64,000 nucleotides of DNA, from contig JAFWDK010000010.1 in the NCBI GenBank assembly GCA_017513085.1, positions 1 through 64,000 on the forward strand, read 5' to 3'. The notes beneath the pieces were generated by a model. It had not been told where the DNA came from, did no database searches, and worked only from the letters and a program-made list of their open reading frames with translations. The translations under genes were made by a program, and so were the position numbers. Every line of letters begins with the position of its first letter. Position 1 is the first letter of the stretch. The stretch comes from Clostridiales bacterium (lineage in GTDB: Bacteria > Bacillota > Clostridia > Saccharofermentanales > Saccharofermentanaceae). Positions 9,925 to 19,681 of this stretch are shown here, piece after piece.

Positions 9925-11112
9925 ATGCCGGAACGGAATTTGAATTTTGACGAGGTTATAGAAAGAAGAAACACGGATAGCTTAAAATACGACTTTGCCG
10001 AGCGCAGAGGCAGACCGAAGGATGTTCTGCCATTATGGGTGGCAGATATGGATTTTAAGACGAGTTCGTATGTAGAAGACGCCGTGGTGGAACGGACAAG
10101 ACATGCTATATTCGGATATACCGAAACCGGTGACGAGTATTTTCAGGCAGTAGCCGGCTGGATGAAGCATCACCATGACTGGGAGGTCGATCGAAAATGG
10201 CTGATCAAGACACCTGGCGTGGTCTTTGCACTGGCCATGTCGGTAAAAGCTTTTACCAAGGAAGGTGATCCGGTACTGATCCAGCAACCGGTCTATTATC
10301 CATTCTCGGAAGTGATCGAGGATAATAAGAGGAGAATCGTAAGTAACGATCTCGTTTTGGGTGATGACAACCGTTATCATATCGATTTTGAAGATTTCGA
10401 GAAGAAAATCGTGGACAACGGGATCAAATTATTCCTTCTTTGCAATCCCCATAATCCCAGCTCTCGCGTGTTTACCAGAGAGGAACTGACGAAACTGGGA
10501 GATATCTGTCTGAAACACGATGTGCTTGTGGTCAGTGATGAGATCCATAATGACTTTGCTTTGTTTGGGGAACATACCGTATTCGCAAAAGTGAAAAAAG
10601 AGTATGAAAACCACTGTATTGTATGCACTTCGGCCAGTAAGACCTTTAATCTTGCCGGCATGCTGATCTCGAATATTTTCATACCGGATCCGACGATACG
10701 GAGAGCCTTCCGCAGACAGGTGGATGCGGCCGGAATCAGCCAATTAGCGACTCTTGGTCTGACCGCTACGAAAATTGCTTACGAAAAGGGTGAAAAATGG
10801 TACGAAAACATGATATCCTATGTAAAGGAAAACATTGCTTTCGTTAAGCGGTACACGAAGGAGAACCTGCCCGGCATCAAAGTGATCGACGGCGAGGGTA
10901 CATACCTTATGTGGCTGGACTTCCGCGGGACAGGGCTTTCTTGTGAAGAAATCGACAGAAGGCTTATCTATGATGCCCGGCTTTGGCTGGATAGCGGAGT
11001 GATCTTTGGTAAGACGGGCGATGGATTCCAGCGCATCAACGTGGCCGCGCCCAGAAGTATCGTGGAAGAATGCTTGAACCGTATACGGGACCATGTTGTG
11101 AACAAAGCGTAA
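9925..11112 (+). CDS. MalY/PatB-family C-S lyase (cystathionine beta-lyase)
   Basis: LPLWVADMDF, LCNPHNP, SDEIH, SKTFNLAG and EGTYLMWLDF motifs. Confidence 0.92.
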   Translation: MPERNLNFDEVIERRNTDSLKYDFAERRGRPKDVLPLWVADMDFKTSSYVEDAVVERTRHAIFGYTETGDEYFQAVAGWMKHHHDWEVDRKWLIKTPGVVFALAMSVKAFTKEGDPVLIQQPVYYPFSEVIEDNKRRIVSNDLVLGDDNRYHIDFEDFEKKIVDNGIKLFLLCNPHNPSSRVFTREELTKLGDICLKHDVLVVSDEIHNDFALFGEHTVFAKVKKEYENHCIVCTSASKTFNLAGMLISNIFIPDPTIRRAFRRQVDAAGISQLATLGLTATKIAYEKGEKWYENMISYVKENIAFVKRYTKENLPGIKVIDGEGTYLMWLDFRGTGLSCEEIDRRLIYDARLWLDSGVIFGKTGDGFQRINVAAPRSIVEECLNRIRDHVVNKA

Positions 11113-11130
11113 TGGATAAGGAGAGAACAC

Positions 11131-12081
11131 ATGGGACAGTATATAGATCCGAAGATAAGCGGGGTTGTGGATCTGATCCTCAATGATTATGAGGATGATA
11201 GGACCGTCAATCAGATCGATATGCACAACCAGCCGGATAAGACAGCTATCATTGACGTGGTGGAAAAGCTTTTTAAGATCCTGTATCCCGGCTATTACAG
11301 TGATAAGGTCTATAAGATCTACAGTTTGAAAAACAGCATTTCCGCAATCATCGAGGACGTTATCTACCGATTGAAAAGACAGGTGGCTATCGTACTGAAA
11401 TACACCGATAATAACGAGACGGCTTCGGAGGTGGAGCTGGATAAGAAAGCAGAAGAGATCACGCTTGCGTTTATGCGTAAGATCCCGGATATCCGCGCAG
11501 TTTTAGAAACGGATATCGAGGCTGCTTTTGAAGGCGATCCGGCGGCCAAGAGTAAAGAAGAGATCATTTTCTCCTACCCGGGCCTTTATGCCATTACAGT
11601 ATACCGCCTGGCACACGAACTGCAGCTTCTGAAAGTTCCTATGATCCCTCGTATGATGACCGAACATGCACATGGCCTTACCGGTATCGATATTCATCCG
11701 GGTGCAACGATCGGAAAGTATTTCTTTATCGATCATGGTACCGGCATCGTAATCGGAGAGACGACGATCATCGGCGAGCATGTCAAGATCTATCAAGGTG
11801 TGACACTGGGTGGTCTTTCTACACGTGGCGGACAGAAGCTTAGCGGCGTGAAGCGCCATCCTACGATCGGAAATAACGTGACGATCTATTCCGGCGCGTC
11901 TATCCTTGGTGGTGAGACCGTGATCGGTGACGATGTTGTGGTAGGTGGTAATACATTCCTGATCAATTCTGTTGAGAAGGGAACGAGCGTCACCGCCAAA
12001 AAGCAGGAACTGAAATACAGAACAAGAAAGAATGATTCGGCCAAGGGTGCAAAGAACGAGGGAGACGCTTCAAAAGAGTGA
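11131..12081 (+). CDS. cysE: Serine O-acetyltransferase (long EpsC-type)
   Basis: GDPAAKS, TGIDIHPGA, IDHGTGIVIGET, YQGVTLG and KRHPT hexapeptide-repeat motifs. Confidence 0.92.
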   Translation: MGQYIDPKISGVVDLILNDYEDDRTVNQIDMHNQPDKTAIIDVVEKLFKILYPGYYSDKVYKIYSLKNSISAIIEDVIYRLKRQVAIVLKYTDNNETASEVELDKKAEEITLAFMRKIPDIRAVLETDIEAAFEGDPAAKSKEEIIFSYPGLYAITVYRLAHELQLLKVPMIPRMMTEHAHGLTGIDIHPGATIGKYFFIDHGTGIVIGETTIIGEHVKIYQGVTLGGLSTRGGQKLSGVKRHPTIGNNVTIYSGASILGGETVIGDDVVVGGNTFLINSVEKGTSVTAKKQELKYRTRKNDSAKGAKNEGDASKE

Positions 12082-12121
12082 AGAACTTCTGTGAAACGAA
12101 TCGGGAGAAAGGGAGAATGCC

Positions 12122-13024
12122 ATGACGATCCTACAATTAAAGTATGTGATTTCCATTGCTAATTCCAAGTCGCTTCGAGAAGCGGCAAGCCGTCTTTTTG
12201 TTTCGCAGCCGGCGCTTTCCACGGCGATCCGGGAACTTGAGGAAGAACTGGGCATACGTCTTTTTGAGAGGACGAATAAAGGAATACGTCTGACTGATCA
12301 GGGCAATGAATTCCTTGCATATGCCAAAGAAGCGGTCAGCCGTTACGAATTGATCGAAGACCGGTATCTCGATCAGGATAAGGAAAAGATCCATTTCAGT
12401 GTTTCCATGCAACACTATGTTTTTGCTGTTCATGCTTTTATCAATGTGACGAAGGAAGCGGACCCAGAGAAATACGTGTTTTCTGTACATGAGACACGCA
12501 CCGATGAGGTTTTGAACAATGTAAGAAGCCTCAAAAGTGAGGTGGGTGTTATCTCTTTTTCAAGAAGCAATGAGAAGGTCATGAAGAAGCTTTTCCGCGA
12601 ATATCAGTTAGAGTTTACACCGCTTCTGACAAGAGAAACTTTTGTCTATGTATGGAAGGATCATCCGCAAGCCCATAAGAAAGAACTGTCGCTCGAGGAT
12701 ATGAAGAATTACCCGTGCATTTCCTTCGACCAGAGCAGCGAAAGTGAATTCTATCTGACTGAAGAAGCACTGGGCGATCACGAATTCGATAAACTGATCA
12801 AGACGAATGACCGTGCCACTTCGGCTGAACTGATGGCTGCTCTGAACGGCTATTCGATCGGAACCGGCATTATGATCAACAGTTTGACTTTGAAAGAGGG
12901 GTTTGTCAGCATAAAACTGAAAGAAGAAGACCCTCTTACGATCGGGTACATCGTGCGAAGCAATCATAGTTTAAGCGGGATTGCACAAAGATATGTGGAG
13001 GAGCTTCTAAAATATCGAGAATAA
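12122..13024 (+). CDS. LysR-family regulator (MtaR/MetR/CmbR-like), paralog 2
   Basis: MTILQLKY...SLREAASRLFVSQPALS HTH; SMQHY and DRAT motifs. Confidence 0.9.
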   Translation: MTILQLKYVISIANSKSLREAASRLFVSQPALSTAIRELEEELGIRLFERTNKGIRLTDQGNEFLAYAKEAVSRYELIEDRYLDQDKEKIHFSVSMQHYVFAVHAFINVTKEADPEKYVFSVHETRTDEVLNNVRSLKSEVGVISFSRSNEKVMKKLFREYQLEFTPLLTRETFVYVWKDHPQAHKKELSLEDMKNYPCISFDQSSESEFYLTEEALGDHEFDKLIKTNDRATSAELMAALNGYSIGTGIMINSLTLKEGFVSIKLKEEDPLTIGYIVRSNHSLSGIAQRYVEELLKYRE

Positions 13025-13057
13025 GCGGTTATAGGCCAATGACAAGGTCGAAAGTGC

Positions 13058-13094
13058 AGCGTTTCTGTGGTATACACAGAGCGCTTATTTTTTT
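13058..13094 (+). terminator. Intrinsic terminator after the trans-sulfuration/cysE/LysR operon
   Basis: AGCGTTTCTGTG-gtata-CACAGAGCGCT hairpin followed by TATTTTTTT. Confidence 0.65.
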
Positions 13095-13113
13095 CTTGTC
13101 CGGTGCTTTTGGT

Positions 13114-13181
13114 GATAAAAACACCTTATTGCAAACGATAAAACATAAGCATTTTTCAAGCTGACGGCCTCATGCTATGAT
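13114..13181 (+). promoter_or_regulatory. LysR-type box plus extended -10 promoter (ABC importer operon)
   Basis: GATAA-AAACACC-TTATT (13114-13130); TGcTATGAT with the hexamer at 13176, 62-nt spacing. Confidence 0.7.
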
Positions 13182-13269
13182 TTTTTCAGGTAAGAAAAAA
13201 CGAACCGGAGCGAAAGGATCGACCGGCATAAATGTATTCTTAACTGAAATCAAAGGGGAGGAAACAAAG

Positions 13270-14352
13270 ATGAAAAAAACACGAATGAGAATGATTTCTA
13301 CGTTGCTTGCTGCGACGTTAAGTATTGGTGGTTTGTCAGCATGTAGCAAGAAGGAAAACGCAGGTTCTTCTTCTTCGGACGGATCGCAAAGTTCAGGGAA
13401 GGCCGATATCGTGATCGGCACGGCTAATGGGTCGCTCTGTCTGGCCCCTCTTCATATCGCCATAGATAACGGTTATTTCGAAGAGGAATTTAAGGCGGCA
13501 GGTGTGACTTGGAGAGTGGAAGAAATCGACCTGGGAAATATCTCAGAACTGGTGGCATCGAATAAGATCGATGCTTCCACTCAATTGGCCGGTGCCATGA
13601 TCCCGCAAGTGGATAACGGACTGGAGATCACTTTTACAGCAGGTCTTCATACCGGATGTACCAAGTATTACACCAAAGACGGATCCGGGATCGAGTCAGT
13701 CGCAGATCTGAAAGGAAAGAAGATCGGTGTTCCTGGTATCGGAGATTCATCGGTGATCGCACTGAAGAGATTGCTTCATGATAACGGAATCGGCGTGACG
13801 ACTGAGAATCTCGAAGTGGAATGGGTCGTATACGGCTTAACGGATCTGCCTCTGGCACTTCAAAATGGCGCAATCGATGTTGCGGCGCTTCATGATCCGG
13901 TCGCCTACAGCGCAGAGCAGGAATACGGCTTTAAGAAGATCCTCGATCTCAGCACAGATGAGAAGTTTGCCAATGAATATTGCTGTATGGCATTTGTGAC
14001 CAGCCGGCTTGCCAAAGAAAATCCAAAAGCGGCAGCTGCGTATACAAGAGCCATGTTGAAGGCAAGTGCTTTTGTACAGGCAAATCCAAAAGAAGCCGCC
14101 AAGATCCAGATCGATAATAACCAGTGTTCGGGAGATCTGGAAGTGAATGCCAAGCTTCTCGGATCGTATAACTACTCGCCATCTGTCAGCATCGCTTCGA
14201 AAACGATCATCGACGCGGCAAGTGAACTGATTAGGATCGGTGAACTAAAGGCGGATGATCCTTCAGAATTTGTTTCTAAAGCATTTACTACCTTTGAGGG
14301 TGTGCCGGACAGTTACAAATATGAAAACGGTAGCTTTACCGAGGTGAAATAG
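13270..14352 (+). CDS. ABC substrate-binding lipoprotein, SsuA/TauA/NMT1 family, Cys-rich
   Basis: Lipobox LSAC; DLKGKKIGV motif; SLCLAP, HTGC and YCC cysteines; start at 13270 behind GGGGAGG. Confidence 0.85.
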   Translation: MKKTRMRMISTLLAATLSIGGLSACSKKENAGSSSSDGSQSSGKADIVIGTANGSLCLAPLHIAIDNGYFEEEFKAAGVTWRVEEIDLGNISELVASNKIDASTQLAGAMIPQVDNGLEITFTAGLHTGCTKYYTKDGSGIESVADLKGKKIGVPGIGDSSVIALKRLLHDNGIGVTTENLEVEWVVYGLTDLPLALQNGAIDVAALHDPVAYSAEQEYGFKKILDLSTDEKFANEYCCMAFVTSRLAKENPKAAAAYTRAMLKASAFVQANPKEAAKIQIDNNQCSGDLEVNAKLLGSYNYSPSVSIASKTIIDAASELIRIGELKADDPSEFVSKAFTTFEGVPDSYKYENGSFTEVK

Positions 14353-14375
14353 TAAATTGTGAAAAGAGGTCTCGT

Positions 14376-15338
14376 ATGAGAAATAAACTTTTTACAGTAT
14401 CGAAATTGCTATTGCCGTTTATTGCAATAGCAATTTCAGTTTTACTGTACTACTATATTCCGAATAACGGAAAACAAAAACAGACTGCGCATCCGTACTA
14501 CCTGTTTTTTCTGGCAGTGATCGGCAGCGTGATCCTGATCGAGATCCTGATCGGGCTATTCGTTCAAAGCATCAGAAAGCGAGTCATTCATAAGGCTCCG
14601 TTTCTTACCGGCGTGATCGTATTTCTGGCTTTGCTCAACTTTGTGACAAGCAAGACAACACTTCTTCCGACACTATATTTTCCGTCGTTGGATCGCATCA
14701 TCAGTCTTCTGGTCGAAAGCCGTGTTTTTCTTTTGCGAAACATCGGAGATTCGCTGAAACTTCTGGCGACAGGATTTGCATGGGGTGCTGTGGTAGGCTT
14801 TTTTACCGGCTTGGCTTTGGGATATTTTAAAGTTGTCGGTTATTGGCTGAATCCGATCACCAAGATCATCGGACCGATCCCGACGACGGCCTGGATCCCG
14901 CTGGCTTTGTCAACATTTCCGACGACGCATAGCGCCAACGTTTTCCTGATTGCTTTTGCGGTATGGTTCCCGGTCACGCTGATGACTTCGAGCGGTATCC
15001 AAAGCATCAGTAATGTTAACTTTGAAGTATCAAGAACACTTGGTGCTTCTACGATCTACCAGATCGTGCATGTCGCGATCCCGGCAGCTATGCCGAGTAT
15101 CTTTCTCGGTGTTTTCTATGGAACGGTTTCATCTTTTGCTACCTTGATGGCCGTTGAGATGAACGGAAATTCCAGCGGAATCGGATGGTATATCAACTGG
15201 CAGAAATCCGTCATGATGTATGACGGCGTGTATGCAGGTCTGATCCTCATTGCCTTGATCTGCTCGCTGTCTCTGACACTTTTGTTTAAGGTGCGTGACC
15301 GTGTTCTTACCTGGCAGAAAGGAGTCATCAAATGGTAG
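14376..15338 (+). CDS. ABC permease, SsuC/TauC family
   Basis: Multiple TMs, PIPTTAWIP, EVSRTLGAS (EAA loop) and GIGWYI motifs. Confidence 0.88.
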   Translation: MRNKLFTVSKLLLPFIAIAISVLLYYYIPNNGKQKQTAHPYYLFFLAVIGSVILIEILIGLFVQSIRKRVIHKAPFLTGVIVFLALLNFVTSKTTLLPTLYFPSLDRIISLLVESRVFLLRNIGDSLKLLATGFAWGAVVGFFTGLALGYFKVVGYWLNPITKIIGPIPTTAWIPLALSTFPTTHSANVFLIAFAVWFPVTLMTSSGIQSISNVNFEVSRTLGASTIYQIVHVAIPAAMPSIFLGVFYGTVSSFATLMAVEMNGNSSGIGWYINWQKSVMMYDGVYAGLILIALICSLSLTLLFKVRDRVLTWQKGVIKW

Positions 15339-16117
15339 GCGAAATCAATATCAAAGACGTACACAAGAAGTTTCCGAATACAGACCCGACAAAAGAAGAT
15401 ATTGTTGCCTTGAACGGTTTCTCGCTGGACATCAAGCCGGGATCCTTTGTTAGTCTCATCGGCCCGTCAGGTTGTGGCAAATCGACACTGCTGCGTATTA
15501 TCGGAGGCTTGGATAAAGCAACTTCCGGTGAAATCTATCTTGATGGGATAAAGATAAGAAAACCAGGAAGTGACAGAGGTTTTGCTTTTCAGGGATCGAA
15601 TCTTTTTCCTTGGCTGACGGTGGAGAAAAACATCGCATTCGGACTTAAGGCGCGTCATATCTTTAAGGAACAAAAAGCATCGGTGCAGGAGTTCATCAAA
15701 CTGGTTGGACTGGAGGGCTTTGAAAAGTCTTTCCCGCATCAGCTTTCAGGTGGTATGCAGCAGAGAGCTTCTCTTGCCCGTGCCCTTGTGGGACATCCAT
15801 CCGTTTTGCTGCTCGATGAGCCGCTCGGTGCGCTTGACGCATTTACCAGAATGAATCTTCAGGATGAGATCATTAGTATCTGGAAAAAGCACAATATGAC
15901 CATGGTGATGGTTACGCACGATGTTGACGAGGCCATCTATATGTCGGACCAGGTCGTCGTCATGTCAGCCAGACCATCTAAGGTGGAAGCAATCATTGAC
16001 ATTGATCTTCCAAGACCGAGAGCACGTGCTCAGGATACATTCCAGGAATACCGTACAAAGATCCTGAATGTGCTGAATCTTGGCGGTAAAGTGGATGAAG
16101 TCGAATACTATCTGTAA
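15332..16117 (+). CDS. ABC ATP-binding protein, SsuB/TauB family
   Basis: GPSGCGKST, LFPWLTV, LSGGMQQR, LLLDEPLGALDAFTR and VTHDVDEA motifs. Confidence 0.92.
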   Translation: MVGEINIKDVHKKFPNTDPTKEDIVALNGFSLDIKPGSFVSLIGPSGCGKSTLLRIIGGLDKATSGEIYLDGIKIRKPGSDRGFAFQGSNLFPWLTVEKNIAFGLKARHIFKEQKASVQEFIKLVGLEGFEKSFPHQLSGGMQQRASLARALVGHPSVLLLDEPLGALDAFTRMNLQDEIISIWKKHNMTMVMVTHDVDEAIYMSDQVVVMSARPSKVEAIIDIDLPRPRARAQDTFQEYRTKILNVLNLGGKVDEVEYYL

Positions 16118-16170
16118 ACACTACATAAGATAAAAACACGAATTAAACAAAAAATGAGAGGAAATGAAAA

Positions 16171-16569
16171 ATGAAAAACAGAACAGTTTTTGCTGCGGCA
16201 TTTGTCCTTATTGGACTCTTAGTGATACTCGCTCCGACAGTGCTTTTTGCGGTGTGCGAAAGTGAGAAAAAAATGGCCTGCTATTATACCGGAAAGGCTG
16301 TGATCGGAATCGGTATTTTGATCGTGGCTTTGGGTGTTGTGTATTTCTTCCTGAAGAACAAAGGCACCCGTCTGGGAATTGCCATCGCCGAATTCTTCAC
16401 ATCCGGACTTGTGCTGGCTTTCCCTTTGAAATTGACCGGACTTTGCAAGATGAGTGACATGGCCTGCCGTGTAAAAACACTTCCGGCTTTGATCGTCGTT
16501 TCGATCCTTCTGGTCATCGTCTCCCTGATCGACATATTCTTCCTGGCAAAAGGTGAGAAGAGCGAATGA
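16171..16569 (+). CDS. DUF4418-like four-TM membrane protein
   Basis: Four TMs with two loops carrying C-x5-M-x-C type motifs (VCESEKKMAC, LCKMSDMAC). Confidence 0.7.
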   Translation: MKNRTVFAAAFVLIGLLVILAPTVLFAVCESEKKMACYYTGKAVIGIGILIVALGVVYFFLKNKGTRLGIAIAEFFTSGLVLAFPLKLTGLCKMSDMACRVKTLPALIVVSILLVIVSLIDIFFLAKGEKSE

Positions 16570-17768
16570 ATCTCCAGAGAAGAAAAAGCATTCTGAAAGA
16601 TATTCGAAGACACGGATTTTTTAATGCGTGCCTTCTTGCTACCATTGTTCTTCTGTCTGTGATGCTTCTTTCCGGGACAGTTGTCAGCACGAGCCTTCGG
16701 AAAGGTATGAAAAACATGCAGCAGCGTCTTGGTGCGGATATCATGCTGGTGCCGAAGGGTTCGAAAGAAAAAGCGGAGAATATGCTCCTGGAAGGAAGCC
16801 GCAGTACGTTCTATTTTGATGACTCAGTCTATGAGAAAGTAGAGAGCATAAATGGAATCTCACAGGTGACATCGCAGTGCTTTCTGAAGTCACTTTCGGC
16901 GGATTGCTGCAGCAGCGAGGTAGAAATCGTTTTCTTTGACCCGGAAACGGATTTTGTCGTTGCGCCATGGATCGAGACCGAGTATAAGTCCGGTCTTTCC
17001 GGAGATGCCGTCATAGTCGGAAGTGATATTTCAAGCGAGGACGGAACGATCAAGCTTTTCGGTCAGGATTATCCGGTCGTCTCTAAGATGGCCAGGACCG
17101 GAACCGCGCTGGACAGCTCCGTGTATTTTTCATCGGAGGCGAAAGACGGATTGCTGAAAAATGCCGAGGAGAAAGGTTCTTTTCTAACTGAAGACCAGAA
17201 GAAAAGCGGAGTGCTTTCTTCTATTTTTATTAATGTGAAAGAAGGTCATGCCGTAGATGACGTGATTGAGGATGCGCATAAAAGCATTGGTGACATTTTC
17301 GATGTGGTCTATCCGAAAAAACTTCATGCATCCCTTGCCGGCAGCCTTGTCAAAATAACCGGTGTCGTCAACGTCATCTCGATTTCTTTGGGTGCATTTC
17401 TGGTGGCGATTTTACTGATTATCAACAGCATCATTATGAGGTCCAGAAAGCATGAGGTGGCACTTCTCCGGGTACTTGGTCATACGAAAAAGCGCCTGGT
17501 CGGAAAGCTTGTCACCGAGATGGGACTGATCTGCCTGGCCGGATCGTTTTCAGGATGTACACTCGGAGCGCTGGTCGTGATCCCGTTCGGAAGATATATC
17601 GGTATGTCTTTGAACATGCCTTATCTGGGACCTGGATTCTACGGCACGGTCCTGACGGTCGCCTTGATCATTTCCAGTGTATTCCTGATCGTGTTCCTGG
17701 CATCCATTTTCTTTATCATTCACACTACCAATATCGAACCCTATCTGGCACTTCGGAGAGAGGAGTAA
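16566..17768 (+). CDS. FtsX/MacB-type ABC permease
   Basis: RLGADIMLVP, ADCCS and RKHEVALLRVLG motifs; TM-loop-3TM layout. Confidence 0.85.
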   Translation: MNLQRRKSILKDIRRHGFFNACLLATIVLLSVMLLSGTVVSTSLRKGMKNMQQRLGADIMLVPKGSKEKAENMLLEGSRSTFYFDDSVYEKVESINGISQVTSQCFLKSLSADCCSSEVEIVFFDPETDFVVAPWIETEYKSGLSGDAVIVGSDISSEDGTIKLFGQDYPVVSKMARTGTALDSSVYFSSEAKDGLLKNAEEKGSFLTEDQKKSGVLSSIFINVKEGHAVDDVIEDAHKSIGDIFDVVYPKKLHASLAGSLVKITGVVNVISISLGAFLVAILLIINSIIMRSRKHEVALLRVLGHTKKRLVGKLVTEMGLICLAGSFSGCTLGALVVIPFGRYIGMSLNMPYLGPGFYGTVLTVALIISSVFLIVFLASIFFIIHTTNIEPYLALRREE

Positions 17769-17772
17769 GTTA

Positions 17773-18426
17773 ATGCTAACTGCAAAGAAGATAAGTAAGA
17801 GTTATACCCAGAAGCGGAGAAAGATACTTGATTCTCTGGAGATCACTATAGACGAAGGTGAATTTGTTGCCGTCATGGGAGAATCCGGAAGCGGCAAAAG
17901 CACTTTGCTTGCCGTTCTGGCCGGTATCCTTTCTCCTGACGAGGGAGAAGTGCTTTTTGAAGGGGAAGATCTGTACTCTCTTTCGGATGAGAAGCTGGCC
18001 GATGTGCATCGTAATAAAATAGGATATGTGCCACAGAGCAACTTTTTCTTGAAGAACTATACGATACTCGAAAATATTGTGGAAGCATTTCTCTCTTCAA
18101 AAGAGAAAACGGAGGAGGAACTGACCGAAAAAGCGAAATCCTATCTGACCGATCTTGGCATTTCTGATCTCGCTGACCGTTTTCCACATGAGCTGTCCGG
18201 CGGGGAACTGAAACGCGCCGCGATCGTACGTGCTCTTCTTAGTAGTCCGGTTCTATTGATTGCCGACGAACCAACCACCGGACTGGACAGCAATACAGGA
18301 AACATCATTCTCTCGTATCTTTCCGGGTATGCTAAATCCGGGAACTCCGTGCTTGTTGCCACCCACGATGACCATGTGAAGGAGTATGCCGATTGGATCG
18401 TTGATATCAGGAAAGATCTGGAATAG
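17773..18426 (+). CDS. ABC ATP-binding protein (LolD/MacB-like)
   Basis: GESGSGKST, LSGGE, ADEPT and ATHD motifs. Confidence 0.9.
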   Translation: MLTAKKISKSYTQKRRKILDSLEITIDEGEFVAVMGESGSGKSTLLAVLAGILSPDEGEVLFEGEDLYSLSDEKLADVHRNKIGYVPQSNFFLKNYTILENIVEAFLSSKEKTEEELTEKAKSYLTDLGISDLADRFPHELSGGELKRAAIVRALLSSPVLLIADEPTTGLDSNTGNIILSYLSGYAKSGNSVLVATHDDHVKEYADWIVDIRKDLE

Positions 18427-18440
18427 AGCTTTGACAGGGT

Positions 18441-18508
18441 TATAAGCAAAACTTATCACAAACGATAAAAAGTAACGATTTTTCAAACGTGGAACGTCAT
18501 GGTACTAT
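18441..18508 (+). promoter_or_regulatory. LysR-type box plus extended -10 promoter (leader-cysK-nif-like operon)
   Basis: TATAA-GCAAAAC-TTATC (18441-18457); TGgTACTAT with the hexamer at 18503, 62-nt spacing. Confidence 0.75.
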
Positions 18509-18561
18509 TAACTCATCCCGAACAGGGAAAGCAAAAACTCATCAAAAGGGAGGTAATGAAC

Positions 18562-18648
18562 ATGAAGAATATGATGGATCGAAACAATATGCAGATGTGT
18601 TGCATGTGTTGTATGTGTTCGACATGTTTAACTACAGAATCGAAATAA
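18562..18648 (+). CDS. Met/Cys-rich leader peptide [28 protein letters not shown] (28 aa; not in the ORF track)
   Basis: GGGAGGT RBS 7 nt upstream; 7 Met plus 6 Cys in 28 codons; an alternative in-frame ATG at 18556. Confidence 0.8.
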   Translation: MKNMMDRNNMQMCCMCCMCSTCLTTESK

Positions 18649-18650
18649 AA

Positions 18651-18712
18651 CTTTTGGTGAAAACAACATTTTGAAAGTAGTTGTTACCAAAAGGGTAGCA
18701 GCTAATTTTTTT
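18651..18712 (+). terminator. Attenuator: overlapping antiterminator and terminator hairpins
   Basis: Terminator TAGTTGTTACC-aaaag-GGTAGCAGCTA (18678-18704) plus A-T7; competing stem CTTTTGGT-gaa-AACAAC (18651-18667) pairs with GTTGTTACCAAAAG (18680-18693). Confidence 0.8.
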
Positions 18713-18730
18713 GTCAAGGAGGACATAACA

Positions 18731-19666
18731 ATGAGTGAGATTAAACAAAGTGCTTTGGAACTGATCGGCAATACGCCGTTACTTCAATTGAATGGTTATT
18801 CCAAAAAGAGAGAGATTACAGAGGCAACCGTTCTTGCCAAACTTGAATACCTGAATCCGGCCGGATCCGTAAAAGACAGAATCGCACTGGCCATGATCGA
18901 GGATGCAGAGCAGAAGGGTCTTCTGAAGCCGGGCGCAACGATCATCGAGCCGACATCCGGTAACACAGGTATCGGACTTGCTGCAGTAGCTGCGGCGAAG
19001 GGTTATAAAGCAGTTCTGACACTCCCGGATACGATGAGTGTTGAAAGAAGAAACCTTCTTAAAGCTTACGGTGCTGAACTGGTTCTCACAGAGGGCGCTA
19101 AGGGCATGAAGGGTGCTATCGCCAAAGCTGAAGAACTGAATAAAGAGATCGAAGGATCGATCATCCTTGGACAGTTTGTCAATCCGGCAAACCCGAAGGT
19201 GCATAAGGAAACAACAGGACCGGAGATCTGGAAGCAGACAGACGGTAAAGTAGATATTTTCGTAGCAGGTGTTGGTACCGGCGGAACAATTACCGGTACA
19301 GGTGAATACCTGAAGTCACAGAATCCTAACGTAAAGGTCGTAGCTGTTGAGCCGGCTACAAGTGCCGTGCTTTCTACAGGCGTTGCCGGCGCACATAAGA
19401 TCCAGGGAATCGGCGCAGGTTTCGTACCGGATGTCCTGAATACCAAGGTATATGACGAGATCATCCCGATCGCAAATGAAGATGCTTTTGCAGAAGGTAA
19501 GGCATTTGCTCTTTCCGAGGGTATCCTGGTTGGTATCTCTTCCGGTGCAGCTCTTAAGGCAGCTGAGATCCTTGCTAAGCGTCCGGAGAATAAGGGCAAA
19601 GTTATCGTAGCGCTTCTTCCTGATTCCGGTGACCGTTATCTCTCTACACCTCTGTTCAATTCCTGA
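18731..19666 (+). CDS. cysK: Cysteine synthase A
   Basis: [33 protein letters not shown] and GDRYLST motifs; start at 18731 behind AAGGAGG. Confidence 0.95.
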   Translation: MSEIKQSALELIGNTPLLQLNGYSKKREITEATVLAKLEYLNPAGSVKDRIALAMIEDAEQKGLLKPGATIIEPTSGNTGIGLAAVAAAKGYKAVLTLPDTMSVERRNLLKAYGAELVLTEGAKGMKGAIAKAEELNKEIEGSIILGQFVNPANPKVHKETTGPEIWKQTDGKVDIFVAGVGTGGTITGTGEYLKSQNPNVKVVAVEPATSAVLSTGVAGAHKIQGIGAGFVPDVLNTKVYDEIIPIANEDAFAEGKAFALSEGILVGISSGAALKAAEILAKRPENKGKVIVALLPDSGDRYLSTPLFNS

Positions 19667-19681
19667 CAGAAACAGAAGACG

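Noticed and set aside
18489-18674. 61-aa ORF from the track, and the 5' extension of cysK to 18671
   Set aside because: It lacks an RBS and overlaps the predicted promoter; the RBS-supported ORFs start at 18562 and 18731
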